DNA of 64,000 nucleotides from the NCBI GenBank assembly GCA_963727525.1, contig CAVSGO010000006.1, positions 128,001 to 192,000 of the forward strand, given 5' to 3'. Source of the DNA: an uncultured bacterium (lineage in GTDB: Bacteria; Krumholzibacteriota; Krumholzibacteriia; LZORAL124-64-63). The position numbers and the translations under genes were made by a program. A model generated the notes under the pieces. It was not told where the DNA came from. It saw only the letters and a list, made by a program, of their open reading frames with translations, and ran no database searches. This document shows, piece by piece, positions 19,503 to 29,670 of the stretch; the stretch's first letter is position 1, and every line of letters starts with the position of its first letter.

Positions 19503-22500
19503 TTGAAGTGCAGTCTCGCGCGCCGTCTTGCCACTGGTCTGCTGGTATGCCTGGCCACCGTCGCGGCGCAGGCTGTTTCCGCGGGCCCCGCTGCCGATCA
19601 CCCGGCGCAGCTCCTGCGCTACGCCGATGTCAGCGCGGATCGTATCGTGTTCACCTACGAGGACGATCTCTGGCTCGTGCCCATCGGTGGCGGCCAGGCC
19701 CGGCGCATCACCACCGGCCATGGCGCCGAGGTGGGGGCCAAGTTCAGCCCCGACGGTCAGTGGCTCGCCTTCACCGGCAACTACGACGGCGGGTACGACG
19801 TGTACGTCATGCCCGCTCGCGGTGGCGTGCCTCGCCGGCTCACGTTCCATCCGGGCAACGATCAGGTGATCGGCTGGCACCCCGACGGCAAGCGCATCCT
19901 CTTCCGGTCCGGCCGCGAGCACCCGCTGGGCGTGTCCGAGTTCTTCCTCGTGTCCGTCGACGGCGGCCTGCCCGAGAAGGTGGCCGTGGACCGCGGTGCG
20001 CTGGGCAGCTACGCGCCCGACGGCACCAAGCTGGCCTACAACCGCATCGCCCGCGAGATGCGCACCTGGAAGCGCTACCGGGGCGGCATGGCGCAGGACG
20101 TGTGGATCGCCGACTTCAAGGCCGGTACCTACGACAGGATCACCGACTGGACCGGCACCGACAGCTTTCCCATGTGGTGGGGCGACAGCATCTTCTTCAT
20201 GAGCGACCGCGAGGACGGCACGCTCAATCTCTACGCCTACGACACGACGGCCCGTGCCACGCGACGGCTCACGCAGTACAGGACCTACGATGTCAAGTAC
20301 CCCTCACTGGGCGCGGGCAAGATCGTCTACCAGCTCGGCGGCGATCTGCACCTCTACGACATCGCCAGCGGCGCCGACGTGACGGTGGACATCGATGTCA
20401 GCAGCGACCGTGTGCCCATGCGACCCGAGCTGGTGAACGTGGACCCGAACACCGGCAGCTTCGCGCTCTCGCCGGCCGGCGAGCGTCTCTTGCTGGAGGA
20501 CCGCGGCGAGATCCTCAACGTGCCTGTGGAAGACGGCGCCTGGTTCAACGTCTCCCACACCAGTGCCAGCCGCGAGAAGAATGCGGTGTGGTCGCCCGAT
20601 GGCCGCTGGATCTGTTTCGTCAGCGACCGCACCGGCGAGGACCAGCTCTACCTCGCCGACCAGCGCGGCCGCGAAGACTGGACGCAGCTCACGCACCACG
20701 ACCAGGGCTTGATCCTGCCGGCGGTGTGGTCGCCCGACTCCAGGCACATCCTCTTCGGCGACAAGTTCATGCGCCTGAACCTGGTGGACGTGCCCGGCGG
20801 CAAGACCACCGTCGTCGACCAGGGTAAGTGGGACGACGCCTGGGAACGCTGGGGCATCCTCGACCACGTGTGGTCGCCCGACAGCAAGTGGGTGGCCTAC
20901 AGCAAGCAGACCGAGAACATGAACGAGGTGATCTGCCTCTACAGCCTGGACAGCGGCAAGGTCACCCAGCTCACCGACAACTTCACCGAGGCCTGGTCGC
21001 CCGGTTTCGCTCCCGACGGCCGCACCCTCTGGTTCCTCAGCAACCGCACCTTCAACCCCATCATGGGCCGCCAGGACCAGAACGACGTGTTCCTCGACAT
21101 GGCCCTGCCCTATGTGGTGCTGCTGCAGGCCGACGCGCGCTCGCCGTTCTTCGCGGACGAGGGGTTGGTCGAGGCGAAGGCCGAGGATTCCGCGAAGGAC
21201 AAGAAGGACAAGGAGGATAAGAAGGACGAGAAGGCCGCCGCCGCCACGCCCATCGATCTCGACGGCATCGGCGACCGCATCGTCGCCGCGGAGGGCGTGA
21301 AGCCCGGCAACTACTTCCGGCTCGAAGCCACGGACGACGGCTGCCTCATGCTGCGCCGCGACGATCTGGTCTTCAACAAGTACCAGAACGTGGACGACCG
21401 CACGAGCGATGACGACCTCACCCTCGTGTCCTACGACACGAAGGAGAAGGAGACGAAGGACCTCGCGAGCGGTCTCTCCAACTACCACCGCAGTGCTGAC
21501 GCCAAGAAGCTGGTCTACCGCGCCGGCGGCCGCTACGGCGTGGTGGACGCCGGCAAGACCTTCAAGGTGGGCGACGGCAAGGTGTCGCTGGGCGGCTTGA
21601 ACATCCTGGTGAATCGCGACGAGGAGTATCGCCAGATCTTCTGGGAAGCCTGGCGCATCGAGCGCGACTTCTTCTACGACAAGAACCTGCACGGCGTGGA
21701 CTGGAAGAAGATCGGCGACAAGTACGCCACCTTCCTGCCCTGGTGCGGCACCCGCGGCGATCTCACCTACCTCATTGGCGAGATGATCTCGGAGCTGAAC
21801 ATCGGCCATACCTATGTCTACGGCGGCGATTACCAGCGCGACGGTGCGCGTCCCGACACCGGCCTGCTGGGCTGCGACTTCGCGCTCGACGCGAAGAGTG
21901 GCCGTTATCGCATCGCCCGCATCCTGCCCGGCCGTAACTGGGATCCGCGCGCGCGCTCGCCCCTGGCCGAACCGGGCGTGGACGTGCACGAGGGCGATGT
22001 CCTGCTCGCGGTCGACGGCGTCGCCCTGAAGGCGCCGACCAATCCGTACGCGCTCCTCGCCGACAAGGTCTCCAACCCGGTGGAGCTGACGGTGGCCGCG
22101 AACGCCGACGGCAAGGACACGCGCACCGTGCTCGTGACGCCGCTGCGCAGTGAGCGCTCCCTGCGCTACCGCGCCTGGGTGGAAGCCAACCGCAAGTACG
22201 TGGACGAGAAGACGGACGGGCAGATCGGCTACCTGCACCTGCCCAACATGACGGAGCCCGGCCTCATCGAGTTCGGTGCCTACTGGTACCCGCAGTTCGC
22301 GAAGAAAGCCTTCATCATCGACGAACGCTACAACGGCGGCGGATTCGTGGGCGACATGATCATCGACCGCCTCGAACGCAAGCTGTGGGCGCTGACGAAG
22401 CCGCGCGAGGGCGGCCCCGGCCGCAACCCCGAGCGCGCCTTCCATGGCCCCATGGTCGTGCTCATCAACGAGAACACGGGCAGCAACGGCGAGTTCTTCG

Positions 22501-22850
22501 CCGAGGCCATCAAGCTCAAGCAGATCGCCCCGCTCATCGGCATGCGCACCTGGGGTGGCGCCATCGGCATCGAACCCCATGAGGACCTCGTGGACGGCGG
22601 CACCACCACCCCGCCCCAGTTCGGCCTCTACGGCCTGAACGGCCAGTGGCTCATCGAGGGCCACGGTGTCGACCCCGACATCGAGGTCCAGAATGCCCCC
22701 GCCCACGTGCTTGCCGGCCAGGACGACCAGCTCGACCGCGCCATCGCCGAGCTGCAGGGACGCCTGCAACGCGATGGGACGCAGTGGGCGTTGCCGGCGG
22801 TGCCGGCATACCCGGACAAGAGCAAGCCGGGGGAGAGCGTAAGGAAGTAG
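19503..22850 (+). CDS. Tricorn protease-like S41 peptidase
   Basis: PD40 propeller repeats (FSPDG), PDZ domain, GYLHL, DERYNGGG, GSNGE, G.RTWG and EGHGVDPD; TTG start with GGAGG RBS; signal peptide. Confidence 0.95.
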   Translation: MKCSLARRLATGLLVCLATVAAQAVSAGPAADHPAQLLRYADVSADRIVFTYEDDLWLVPIGGGQARRITTGHGAEVGAKFSPDGQWLAFTGNYDGGYDVYVMPARGGVPRRLTFHPGNDQVIGWHPDGKRILFRSGREHPLGVSEFFLVSVDGGLPEKVAVDRGALGSYAPDGTKLAYNRIAREMRTWKRYRGGMAQDVWIADFKAGTYDRITDWTGTDSFPMWWGDSIFFMSDREDGTLNLYAYDTTARATRRLTQYRTYDVKYPSLGAGKIVYQLGGDLHLYDIASGADVTVDIDVSSDRVPMRPELVNVDPNTGSFALSPAGERLLLEDRGEILNVPVEDGAWFNVSHTSASREKNAVWSPDGRWICFVSDRTGEDQLYLADQRGREDWTQLTHHDQGLILPAVWSPDSRHILFGDKFMRLNLVDVPGGKTTVVDQGKWDDAWERWGILDHVWSPDSKWVAYSKQTENMNEVICLYSLDSGKVTQLTDNFTEAWSPGFAPDGRTLWFLSNRTFNPIMGRQDQNDVFLDMALPYVVLLQADARSPFFADEGLVEAKAEDSAKDKKDKEDKKDEKAAAATPIDLDGIGDRIVAAEGVKPGNYFRLEATDDGCLMLRRDDLVFNKYQNVDDRTSDDDLTLVSYDTKEKETKDLASGLSNYHRSADAKKLVYRAGGRYGVVDAGKTFKVGDGKVSLGGLNILVNRDEEYRQIFWEAWRIERDFFYDKNLHGVDWKKIGDKYATFLPWCGTRGDLTYLIGEMISELNIGHTYVYGGDYQRDGARPDTGLLGCDFALDAKSGRYRIARILPGRNWDPRARSPLAEPGVDVHEGDVLLAVDGVALKAPTNPYALLADKVSNPVELTVAANADGKDTRTVLVTPLRSERSLRYRAWVEANRKYVDEKTDGQIGYLHLPNMTEPGLIEFGAYWYPQFAKKAFIIDERYNGGGFVGDMIIDRLERKLWALTKPREGGPGRNPERAFHGPMVVLINENTGSNGEFFAEAIKLKQIAPLIGMRTWGGAIGIEPHEDLVDGGTTTPPQFGLYGLNGQWLIEGHGVDPDIEVQNAPAHVLAGQDDQLDRAIAELQGRLQRDGTQWALPAVPAYPDKSKPGESVRK

Positions 22851-23099
22851 GATGGGCGCGGTGGCGCCGACTTGTGGGGCTTCCCGGGGCGAACGTGGAA
22901 ATCGGCGTCTTGGGAAGCCTCTTTTCGTCGGTATTGTGTTGCAACTGCAACGCTGTCGTCACAACGCAACTTTGCAAATGCAGCCATTGGGGACGGTCAT
23001 GTCTCGAACCAACGACCCAGGAACCTGAGCGTTCGTCCGTCGAGGACCGGTGACTATTTTCAGCGCCACCGGAGCAAATCGTAGTCAATAGATCCATTT

Positions 23100-23838
23100 C
23101 TCGCCGACTCATCACCATGATCTTCCCGGTGGCGTGGACATCCCCCGACTCCACGCGTACCAGGCAGATCCCGGCGACCACCGGCCTCCCGCGCCGGTCG
23201 TTGGTGTCCCAAACGAGCTGGTGCGGTCCGGCGCCGAGCGGCACATCGACGAGGGAGCGCAGGCGATGACCGGCCGCGTCGTAGATGGACACGCGTGTCG
23301 GCGCGCCGTTGGCGAGGCCGAAGTCAATCGTCGTACGGCCGGTGGTCGGATTGGGGAACGCCGAGATGATGGGCAGTCCGGTCGGATTCAGTGCCACGCC
23401 GCCGTCCTCGACTCCGACTTCCCCGCCTGTCGTGTAGAAGCGTGCCAGCGCCCGGGCCTTGAACCCGTTCCAGCTGTCATAGCCCGTTGCGATGATCTTA
23501 CCGTCGTCTCACCGCTCGGCCAGTGACAGGGGTTGGGGAAGCAGGTCGGCGGACCGCCGTGCTGCGGCAGCTGCAGCATCGCGAAGACGGTGTGCCCGGC
23601 GATCTGACGGCTGCCCGCCGCGTAGATCGAGTTGCCCGCACCCAGTGTGAGCGTGTTCAGGTAGTCGGTGCCGCCGAAATCGTAGGTGCGCATGCCGGAC
23701 CCGCCAAAGGCGCTGCCGAACGAGGGATCGAGACCCCGGGTTGGCGTGAACCTTGAGGCACCATGAGGTCCGCAACGCCACGTACGCCAGTATCACGGGG
23801 ACGTGACGGAGTTTCCGCGCATCGTGGTGTGTCTTCAT
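23100..23838 (-). pseudogene. Frameshifted delta-60-repeat (beta-propeller) protein with T9SS/FlgD-like C-terminal domain
   Basis: Three consecutive frames join as signal peptide-ANPG|LDPSFG... |DDGKIIATG..ALARF..-FPNP..WD...KIMVM; frame changes near 23734 and 23510; no stop at the expected C-terminus. Confidence 0.7.
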
Positions 23839-23969
23839 GACATACCGCTCCCATTCATCGCTGGTACCGGCGATGTCCGTGCACCTGGCGGCCCGCGCGG
23901 CGAACACGTTCGTGCGTCGGCATGCCGGATCCGGTACCATGTGCCGATCCCACACGGCGGAGGCGTCCC

Positions 23970-24581
23970 ATGACCCAGGAGGGCCGCGGGGGGGCGACTG
24001 GCGGCGGACCCACGCCACCCGCACGCACGCTCATCACGATCGAGCTTCTCGACCGCGCCAAGCAGGGCGACCTGCAGGCCCTGGCGCGGATCATGGAGCG
24101 CTACTCCCCGCGCCTGCGGCGCTGGGCGCGCGGTCGGTTGCCGGCGTACGCCCGATCGCTCTTCGACACGTCGGATCTCGTGCAGGAGACGCTGGCGCGC
24201 ACACTCCAGGGGCTGGATCGTGTCGAGGTCCGGGGGCGCGGGGGCTTCGAGGCCTACGTCCGGCAGGCCATTCTCAACGGCATCAAGGACCAGATCCGGC
24301 GCGCCCGCGTCCGGCGTGATCCGGAGGACCTTTCCACCGACCTCGTCGACGCGGCGCCGTCGCCGCTCGAGGACGCCATCGGCGCCGATCTGCTGGGACG
24401 CTTCGAGCGGGGCATGGCCGCCCTCGAGCCGGACGACCGCTGCCTCCTGCATCTGCGCCTCGAACTCGAGTTCGACTACGACGAGATCGCGGCCATCACG
24501 GACCGCCCGAGCCGCGACGCCGCCCGCATGGCGTTCCAGCGCGCGCTCGGGCGCCTTGCGAAGGTGATGGGCCATGCCTGA
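23970..24581 (+). CDS. ECF-type RNA polymerase sigma factor
   Basis: LLDRAKQGD.QAL, DLVQET and region-4 YDEIA..RMAFQRAL.RL; GGAGG RBS; coupled to the kinase gene. Confidence 0.9.
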   Translation: MTQEGRGGATGGGPTPPARTLITIELLDRAKQGDLQALARIMERYSPRLRRWARGRLPAYARSLFDTSDLVQETLARTLQGLDRVEVRGRGGFEAYVRQAILNGIKDQIRRARVRRDPEDLSTDLVDAAPSPLEDAIGADLLGRFERGMAALEPDDRCLLHLRLELEFDYDEIAAITDRPSRDAARMAFQRALGRLAKVMGHA

Positions 24582-27438
24582 CGACCGGGCGATCGAGGCA
24601 TTGATCGCCCGCATGGCGCGGGGCGAGCCCGTCGACTGGGACGACGCGCGGCAGAGCATCGCGAGCGACGAGGGTCGTGCCCATCTCGACGCCCTGCGCG
24701 GGATTTCCCGGATCGCGGCCTTCAACCACGACCAGTGGGACCACTTCGCGCTCCTGCTCGAACGCGCCCGCGGGCTGGACCCGATCCAGCGCGAAGCCTG
24801 GTTGCGCGATCTGGATGGCGCGGACGCTGCCGACGTGCGTCACGCGCTGGGCGAACACGTGGAACCGACATCGGCCATGCCAGACCCGCCGCATGGGGCC
24901 GACGCGGACCTCCTGGCCGGCCAGGTCATCGGTGCCTACACCCTCGACGCGTCGCTCGGCGAGGGGGGCATGGGCACGGTCTGGCTCGCGCACCGCAGCG
25001 ACGGGCGCTTCGAGGGGCAGGTCGCCGTCAAGCTCCTGCACTTGCCGCGTGTGAGCCGCGACGGGCTGGCGCGGTTCCAGCGCGAGGGTCAGCTGCTGGC
25101 GCGCCTGCGCCACGCCAACATCGCCCAGCTCCTGGACGCCGGCGTGACGCCGCACGGGCAGCCGTACCTCGTGCTCGAGTACGTCGACGGCGAGCCCATC
25201 GACCGATACTGCGCCGCGCACGCGCTCGACGTGCGCGCGCGGATCCGCCTGTTCCTCGCCGTCCTCGCGGCGGTGGCGCACTCGCAGGCCAACCTCGTCG
25301 TCCATCGCGATCTCAAGCCGTCGAACATCCTCGTCGACCGCGCGGGCACCGTGAAGCTGCTCGACTTCGGCGTCGGCAAGCTCCTAGCCGACGGCGACGC
25401 CGAGGCGACGGACACCGAGCTGACGCGCAGCGCCGGGCGGGCGCTCACGCCCGAGTTTGCGGCGCCGGAGCAGCTCCTCGGCGAGCCCGTGACGACGGCG
25501 ACCGACGTCTTCGCCGCCGGCGTCGTGCTCTACCTGCTGCTCACCGGCGTTCACCCCCACGGCGACGCGCAGGGGTCGCCGCTGCCGCGCCTGCGGGGTA
25601 TCCTCGAAGCGACGCCCCGGCCGGCGAGCGAGGCGGTGGACAGCGCCTCGCGCCGCCGCCATGAGCTGCAGGGCGACCTGGACAACATCCTGGCCATGGC
25701 GTTGCGCAAGGATCCTCGCGATCGCTACGCCAACGCGGCCGCCTTCGCCGCCGATCTGCGGCGCTACCTCGAGCAGGAGCCAGTGGCGGCCCGTGCCGAT
25801 ACGATCCGCTACCGGGTCGGCAAATTCGTGCGCCGCAATCGCGCGGCAGTGGCCGGCGTCAGCGCGGCGATGATCGTGCTCGCCGGCCTGACGCTGTTCT
25901 CCCTCGTGGAGCTGCGGGAGGTGCGCCGCCAGCGCGATGCGGTGCAGGCGCAGATGCAGCGCGCGGAAGGCTTCAACACCGTCGTCACCAGCTTGCTCTC
26001 GCAGGTCGGGCCGGGCGGCCGGGCGCTGTCGCCCGGGGAACTGCTCGACCGCGCCGTCGGCGAGGTGCAGGCGCGGTACGCCGACGATCCGGCCTTCCTC
26101 GTCGACATGCTGATCCGGCTCTCCGGTCGGTACTTCGATCTCGGGGACCACCGGAAGGAGTACACGACGCTCGTGCAGGCGGAGTCGGTGGCGCGGCGGG
26201 CGAACGACCCGCGCCTGATCTTCCTGGTGCAGATCAACACGGTCGAGACGGAGCTCTACCTGGGGCGACGCGAGGCCGCCACGCGGCGCATCGAGGAGGC
26301 GCGCCACCTGTTGCCCGGATTGCATCCCCGGCCGCTGCTCGACGCCTACCTGCGGGCCGAGGCCGAGGTGGCGTGGCAGAACGGCGACGCGCCGGGGGCC
26401 ATCGCCTACCTCGAGCGCGCCCGCCACGAGCTGGAAGCGGACGACGACACGCACGGCAACGCGTACGCCGGACTGCTGAGCGTGCTGCGCCTGTATCACG
26501 CGCTCGTGGGCGACCTGCGCGAGGCGCACCGGCTGGCGCAGGCGATGGTCGCGTTGCACGAGCGGCATCACCGCGAAACGTCGGCGGCTGGGACGATCTC
26601 CCGCGTCGTCCTCGCGATGAGCGACTACGACATCGGCGAGGTCACGCTCGCCCGCCGCCTGTATCGGGACACGCTTCCCGAGGTGGACGACCCGCAGGAG
26701 GCGCGATCCGGGACGTGGGTCACCTCGCACTGGATCTACGGCGAGATGCTGAGCCGGCTGGGACGCCACGACGAGGCCCTGCCCCTGATCCACGCCGCGA
26801 TCGCGGGGTTGCGGCGCGGCGGCAACCACCAGAACGAGACGCGCGCGCGCCTGGCCCTCGCGCGCGCGCAGTTCCGCGCCGCGCGGTTGCCGGAGGCGCA
26901 GGCGACGCTCGACACGACCCTCGCCGGCATCGCCGACGACGGCCCCGCCCGCCGGATCTGGCTCATCGAGGCCGACCGGCTCCAGGCCGAGGTACACCTG
27001 GCCGAGCACCATCTCGACCGCGCCGCGGACGAGGCGCAGCGGGCGCTGGCCCTGATCGGAGGTGCCGACCAGCCGAACGGCCCGCGCCTCGGCCCGACGC
27101 TGCTGACGCTCGCCGGCATCCAGCTCGCCCGGAACGATATCGCGTCGGCACGTACGTCGGCCCTCGCCGCCGCCCGGGTCTTCACCCATGCGTGCGAGGA
27201 TCCTGCGCGGAGTGCCGACCTCGGCGAAGCGATGCTCGTCGCCGCTCGCTGCGCGGCGGCGGCCGGCGACCGGGCGCAGGCGCGTCGGGACGTGGCGATC
27301 GCCGCCCCGGCCCTCGCCAGCGGTCTGGGCGAGGATCACCAGCTCACACGCGCGGCCCACGATCTCGCGGACGCCCTCGCGGCGGACGACGTGATGGGGG
27401 CGCCGGCGGCCGTCCAGCCGGCCGGACATGATCACTAG
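24574..27438 (+). CDS. Membrane Ser/Thr protein kinase with extracytoplasmic TPR region
   Basis: GEGGMG, VAVK, HRDLKPSN, DFG, APE and DVF motifs; TM segment; helical repeats. Confidence 0.95.
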   Translation: MPDDRAIEALIARMARGEPVDWDDARQSIASDEGRAHLDALRGISRIAAFNHDQWDHFALLLERARGLDPIQREAWLRDLDGADAADVRHALGEHVEPTSAMPDPPHGADADLLAGQVIGAYTLDASLGEGGMGTVWLAHRSDGRFEGQVAVKLLHLPRVSRDGLARFQREGQLLARLRHANIAQLLDAGVTPHGQPYLVLEYVDGEPIDRYCAAHALDVRARIRLFLAVLAAVAHSQANLVVHRDLKPSNILVDRAGTVKLLDFGVGKLLADGDAEATDTELTRSAGRALTPEFAAPEQLLGEPVTTATDVFAAGVVLYLLLTGVHPHGDAQGSPLPRLRGILEATPRPASEAVDSASRRRHELQGDLDNILAMALRKDPRDRYANAAAFAADLRRYLEQEPVAARADTIRYRVGKFVRRNRAAVAGVSAAMIVLAGLTLFSLVELREVRRQRDAVQAQMQRAEGFNTVVTSLLSQVGPGGRALSPGELLDRAVGEVQARYADDPAFLVDMLIRLSGRYFDLGDHRKEYTTLVQAESVARRANDPRLIFLVQINTVETELYLGRREAATRRIEEARHLLPGLHPRPLLDAYLRAEAEVAWQNGDAPGAIAYLERARHELEADDDTHGNAYAGLLSVLRLYHALVGDLREAHRLAQAMVALHERHHRETSAAGTISRVVLAMSDYDIGEVTLARRLYRDTLPEVDDPQEARSGTWVTSHWIYGEMLSRLGRHDEALPLIHAAIAGLRRGGNHQNETRARLALARAQFRAARLPEAQATLDTTLAGIADDGPARRIWLIEADRLQAEVHLAEHHLDRAADEAQRALALIGGADQPNGPRLGPTLLTLAGIQLARNDIASARTSALAAARVFTHACEDPARSADLGEAMLVAARCAAAAGDRAQARRDVAIAAPALASGLGEDHQLTRAAHDLADALAADDVMGAPAAVQPAGHDH

Positions 27439-27488
27439 CTGTGGCGTGGCGACTTGCGGCGGCGCCGTGAGCCGCCCGGGTTGTCACG

Positions 27489-27513
27489 GGAACTCCTTGC
27501 CGCTAGACTCGTT
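27489..27513 (+). promoter_or_regulatory. Putative ECF-sigma promoter
   Basis: GGAAC-N16-CGTT, 36 nt upstream of ATG 27550. Confidence 0.55.
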
Positions 27514-27549
27514 CACCACGGTCGATCCTTGCCGAAACCGGAGGCATCC

Positions 27550-28620
27550 ATGCGCCGCATTCTCGTCGCCCTGTCCCTCGCCATGCTCGCGCTGACCTCG
27601 GCAACCGCCGTCCGGGCGGCCGGACTCTGGGATCTCTACCAGCAGAAGCATTACCAGCAGTGCCTCGACCAGGCGACGTTGCGGGTGCGCGAGCATCCCG
27701 ACAGTCGCGATCTCAACCACCTGATCGGGCGCTGTCTCGTGGAGCTGGGGCGGCCGCAGGAGGCGCGACCGTACCTCGAGAAGGTGCTCGGGGCCGATGG
27801 TATGCGCGACTGGCGGACGTACTGGTCGCTCTACTACCTCGGGCTCTGCGACTGGTTCGCCGGCGATCGCGACGCGGCGAAGGCCAAGTGGCTCAAGGGG
27901 CGCGATGATCCCCAGATGACTGATATCGCCCAGCACTGCGACGGTCAGCTCAAGCTCAGCGGCATGTCGGAAGACTACGACGGCTGGCCCACCGTCGCGG
28001 GCGATCATGTGTTCTGCCGGGTGTCGCCACATCTGAAGGATTTCGACCCCGCGGCGTATGTGAAGGAGGCCGACGCCACGTGCGAGCGCCTGGCCACGTT
28101 CTTCGGGGAAGCTCCGTCACGCGTGATCGACATCATCGTGTGGCAGGATGTGCCCGAGGCCAAGGCGATCGCGGGTATCGGCGCCCTCGGCTACGCGCGC
28201 CCCGACCTCGCCGTGGTCCACACGATGGCAGGGACGTCCTGCGGCCGTCAGCTCGCGGAGGTCTTCAACGTCTGGGCGAACCGCGGCGCGCCCCAGGTGG
28301 CGTTGATCGACGTGGGCGTGGCTGCGTACTGCGATGGCGCCGGCGCCAGCCGCGACGCGGCGCGCGATGCGCTGAAGGCCGCCGACATCTCCGAATTCGA
28401 TCTGACCCTCTGGTGGCAGGACATGGTGCGCGTCCCCGCACCGGCATTCGACGCCGTGGCGGGCGCGTGGGTGGCCACCCTGATCGACCGTGGGGGCATG
28501 GACAAGTTACATCAACTCCTGCGCGAGCCCACCTACGTGAAAGCCCGCGACATCTACGGCGCCGCCCTGCTGAGCACATACGTATCCGAGTTCACGCACG
28601 CAGTGCTCAAACCATCCTGA
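27550..28620 (+). CDS. Exported TPR protein with degenerate peptidase MA-like domain
   Basis: Signal peptide; TPR-like helices; RQLAE and DVGVA where HExxH and EGxA are expected; GGAGG RBS. Confidence 0.7.
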   Translation: MRRILVALSLAMLALTSATAVRAAGLWDLYQQKHYQQCLDQATLRVREHPDSRDLNHLIGRCLVELGRPQEARPYLEKVLGADGMRDWRTYWSLYYLGLCDWFAGDRDAAKAKWLKGRDDPQMTDIAQHCDGQLKLSGMSEDYDGWPTVAGDHVFCRVSPHLKDFDPAAYVKEADATCERLATFFGEAPSRVIDIIVWQDVPEAKAIAGIGALGYARPDLAVVHTMAGTSCGRQLAEVFNVWANRGAPQVALIDVGVAAYCDGAGASRDAARDALKAADISEFDLTLWWQDMVRVPAPAFDAVAGAWVATLIDRGGMDKLHQLLREPTYVKARDIYGAALLSTYVSEFTHAVLKPS

Positions 28621-28778
28621 CCCCCAGCAATCGCGCCGCCGGTGAGGTGCGAGGGGCGCAACGGCAATACCGGCGCGACGCGGGGCAAGTTCGCGTATCC
28701 TGCCCGAAGCCGATTCGCGTATACTGTGGACAGCTTGATCGCGAACGCTCCACCCCACGGCCTGGAGGCACCGTTTCC

Positions 28779-29654
28779 ATGAGCGAACCCATTCTCGTCG
28801 TCGGTGCGCGCGGAAAGCTCGGTTCCGAGGTCATCCACCAGCTCTACGAGGCCGGGGTGCCCACCCGCTGTGCCACGCGCAATCCGGGCTGCTGCGGTCA
28901 TGATTGTATCGGCGGCAGCTGTGCCCGCTTCGACTACGATCGCCCCGAGACCTTCGCCCCTGCCGTGGACGGCGTGAGCCATGTCTTCATGATCGCGCGG
29001 CCACTCGACACGGCCGCTGGCCATGTGTTGCCGCCCTTCATCGACGTGTGCCGCGACATGGGCGTGGAGCACATCATCTTCTGCTCGGCGCTCGGCGCCG
29101 ACGCCACCGAGGCCTCGCCGCTCGCGTTCGTGGAGCGCTACCTGCAACGCAGTCAGATCGGGTGGACGATTCTGCGTCCCAATTTCTACATGGAGAACCT
29201 CTCCCAGGGCTGGATCTTGCCCCAGATCCAGAACGACGCCACGATCCGTTTGGCGGCCGGCGATGGTGCCACCAGCTTCATCTCCACCCAGGACGTGGCG
29301 GCCGTCGCCGTGCGCATGCTCACCGAGCCGGGCCACGTGGGCCACTGCTACGACCTCACGGGCGGCGAGGCCCTCGATTACCAGCAGGTGGCCGGCATCC
29401 TGAGCGAGGTCGCCGATCGGACCGTCGTCTATGAGCCGATCAGCGAGGCGCAGATGCAGGCGATGGGATCGAAGGTGGGCATGCCCGGGGGCAAGCTGGA
29501 GTACATGCTCTTCCTGTACCGCTCGGTCCGTGAGCACCGCTGCGCCACCGTCTTGCCGGCGGTCGAGACGCTGCTAGGACGGCCGCCGCGCTCGTTCCGT
29601 GAATTCGCCGCCGCCCAGGCGGCCGTGTGGCGTCAAGGCGACGAGACCCGCTAA
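28779..29654 (+). CDS. NmrA-like atypical SDR oxidoreductase
   Basis: VVGARGKLG, WTILRPNFYMEN, SFI..DVAAVA and YDLTG motifs; GGAGG RBS. Confidence 0.9.
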   Translation: MSEPILVVGARGKLGSEVIHQLYEAGVPTRCATRNPGCCGHDCIGGSCARFDYDRPETFAPAVDGVSHVFMIARPLDTAAGHVLPPFIDVCRDMGVEHIIFCSALGADATEASPLAFVERYLQRSQIGWTILRPNFYMENLSQGWILPQIQNDATIRLAAGDGATSFISTQDVAAVAVRMLTEPGHVGHCYDLTGGEALDYQQVAGILSEVADRTVVYEPISEAQMQAMGSKVGMPGGKLEYMLFLYRSVREHRCATVLPAVETLLGRPPRSFREFAAAQAAVWRQGDETR

Positions 29655-29670
29655 CAGCAAATTTTAGGTT

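Noticed and set aside
22851-23100. AT-richer stretch with GTTGCAACTGCAAC/TTTGCAAA palindromes as an ncRNA
   Set aside because: No recognisable RNA family or extended structure; cannot be supported from sequence alone
23505-23515. TGA before DDGKII as a second Sec codon
   Set aside because: It lies at a frameshift junction of a pseudogene, with no Cys-type motif and no SECIS-like stem
1715-29670. Composite transposon, or a past inversion between the IS copies
   Set aside because: No shared duplication at the outer ends, the copies have diverged, copy 2 has its own flanking repeat, and the cargo looks like ordinary chromosome
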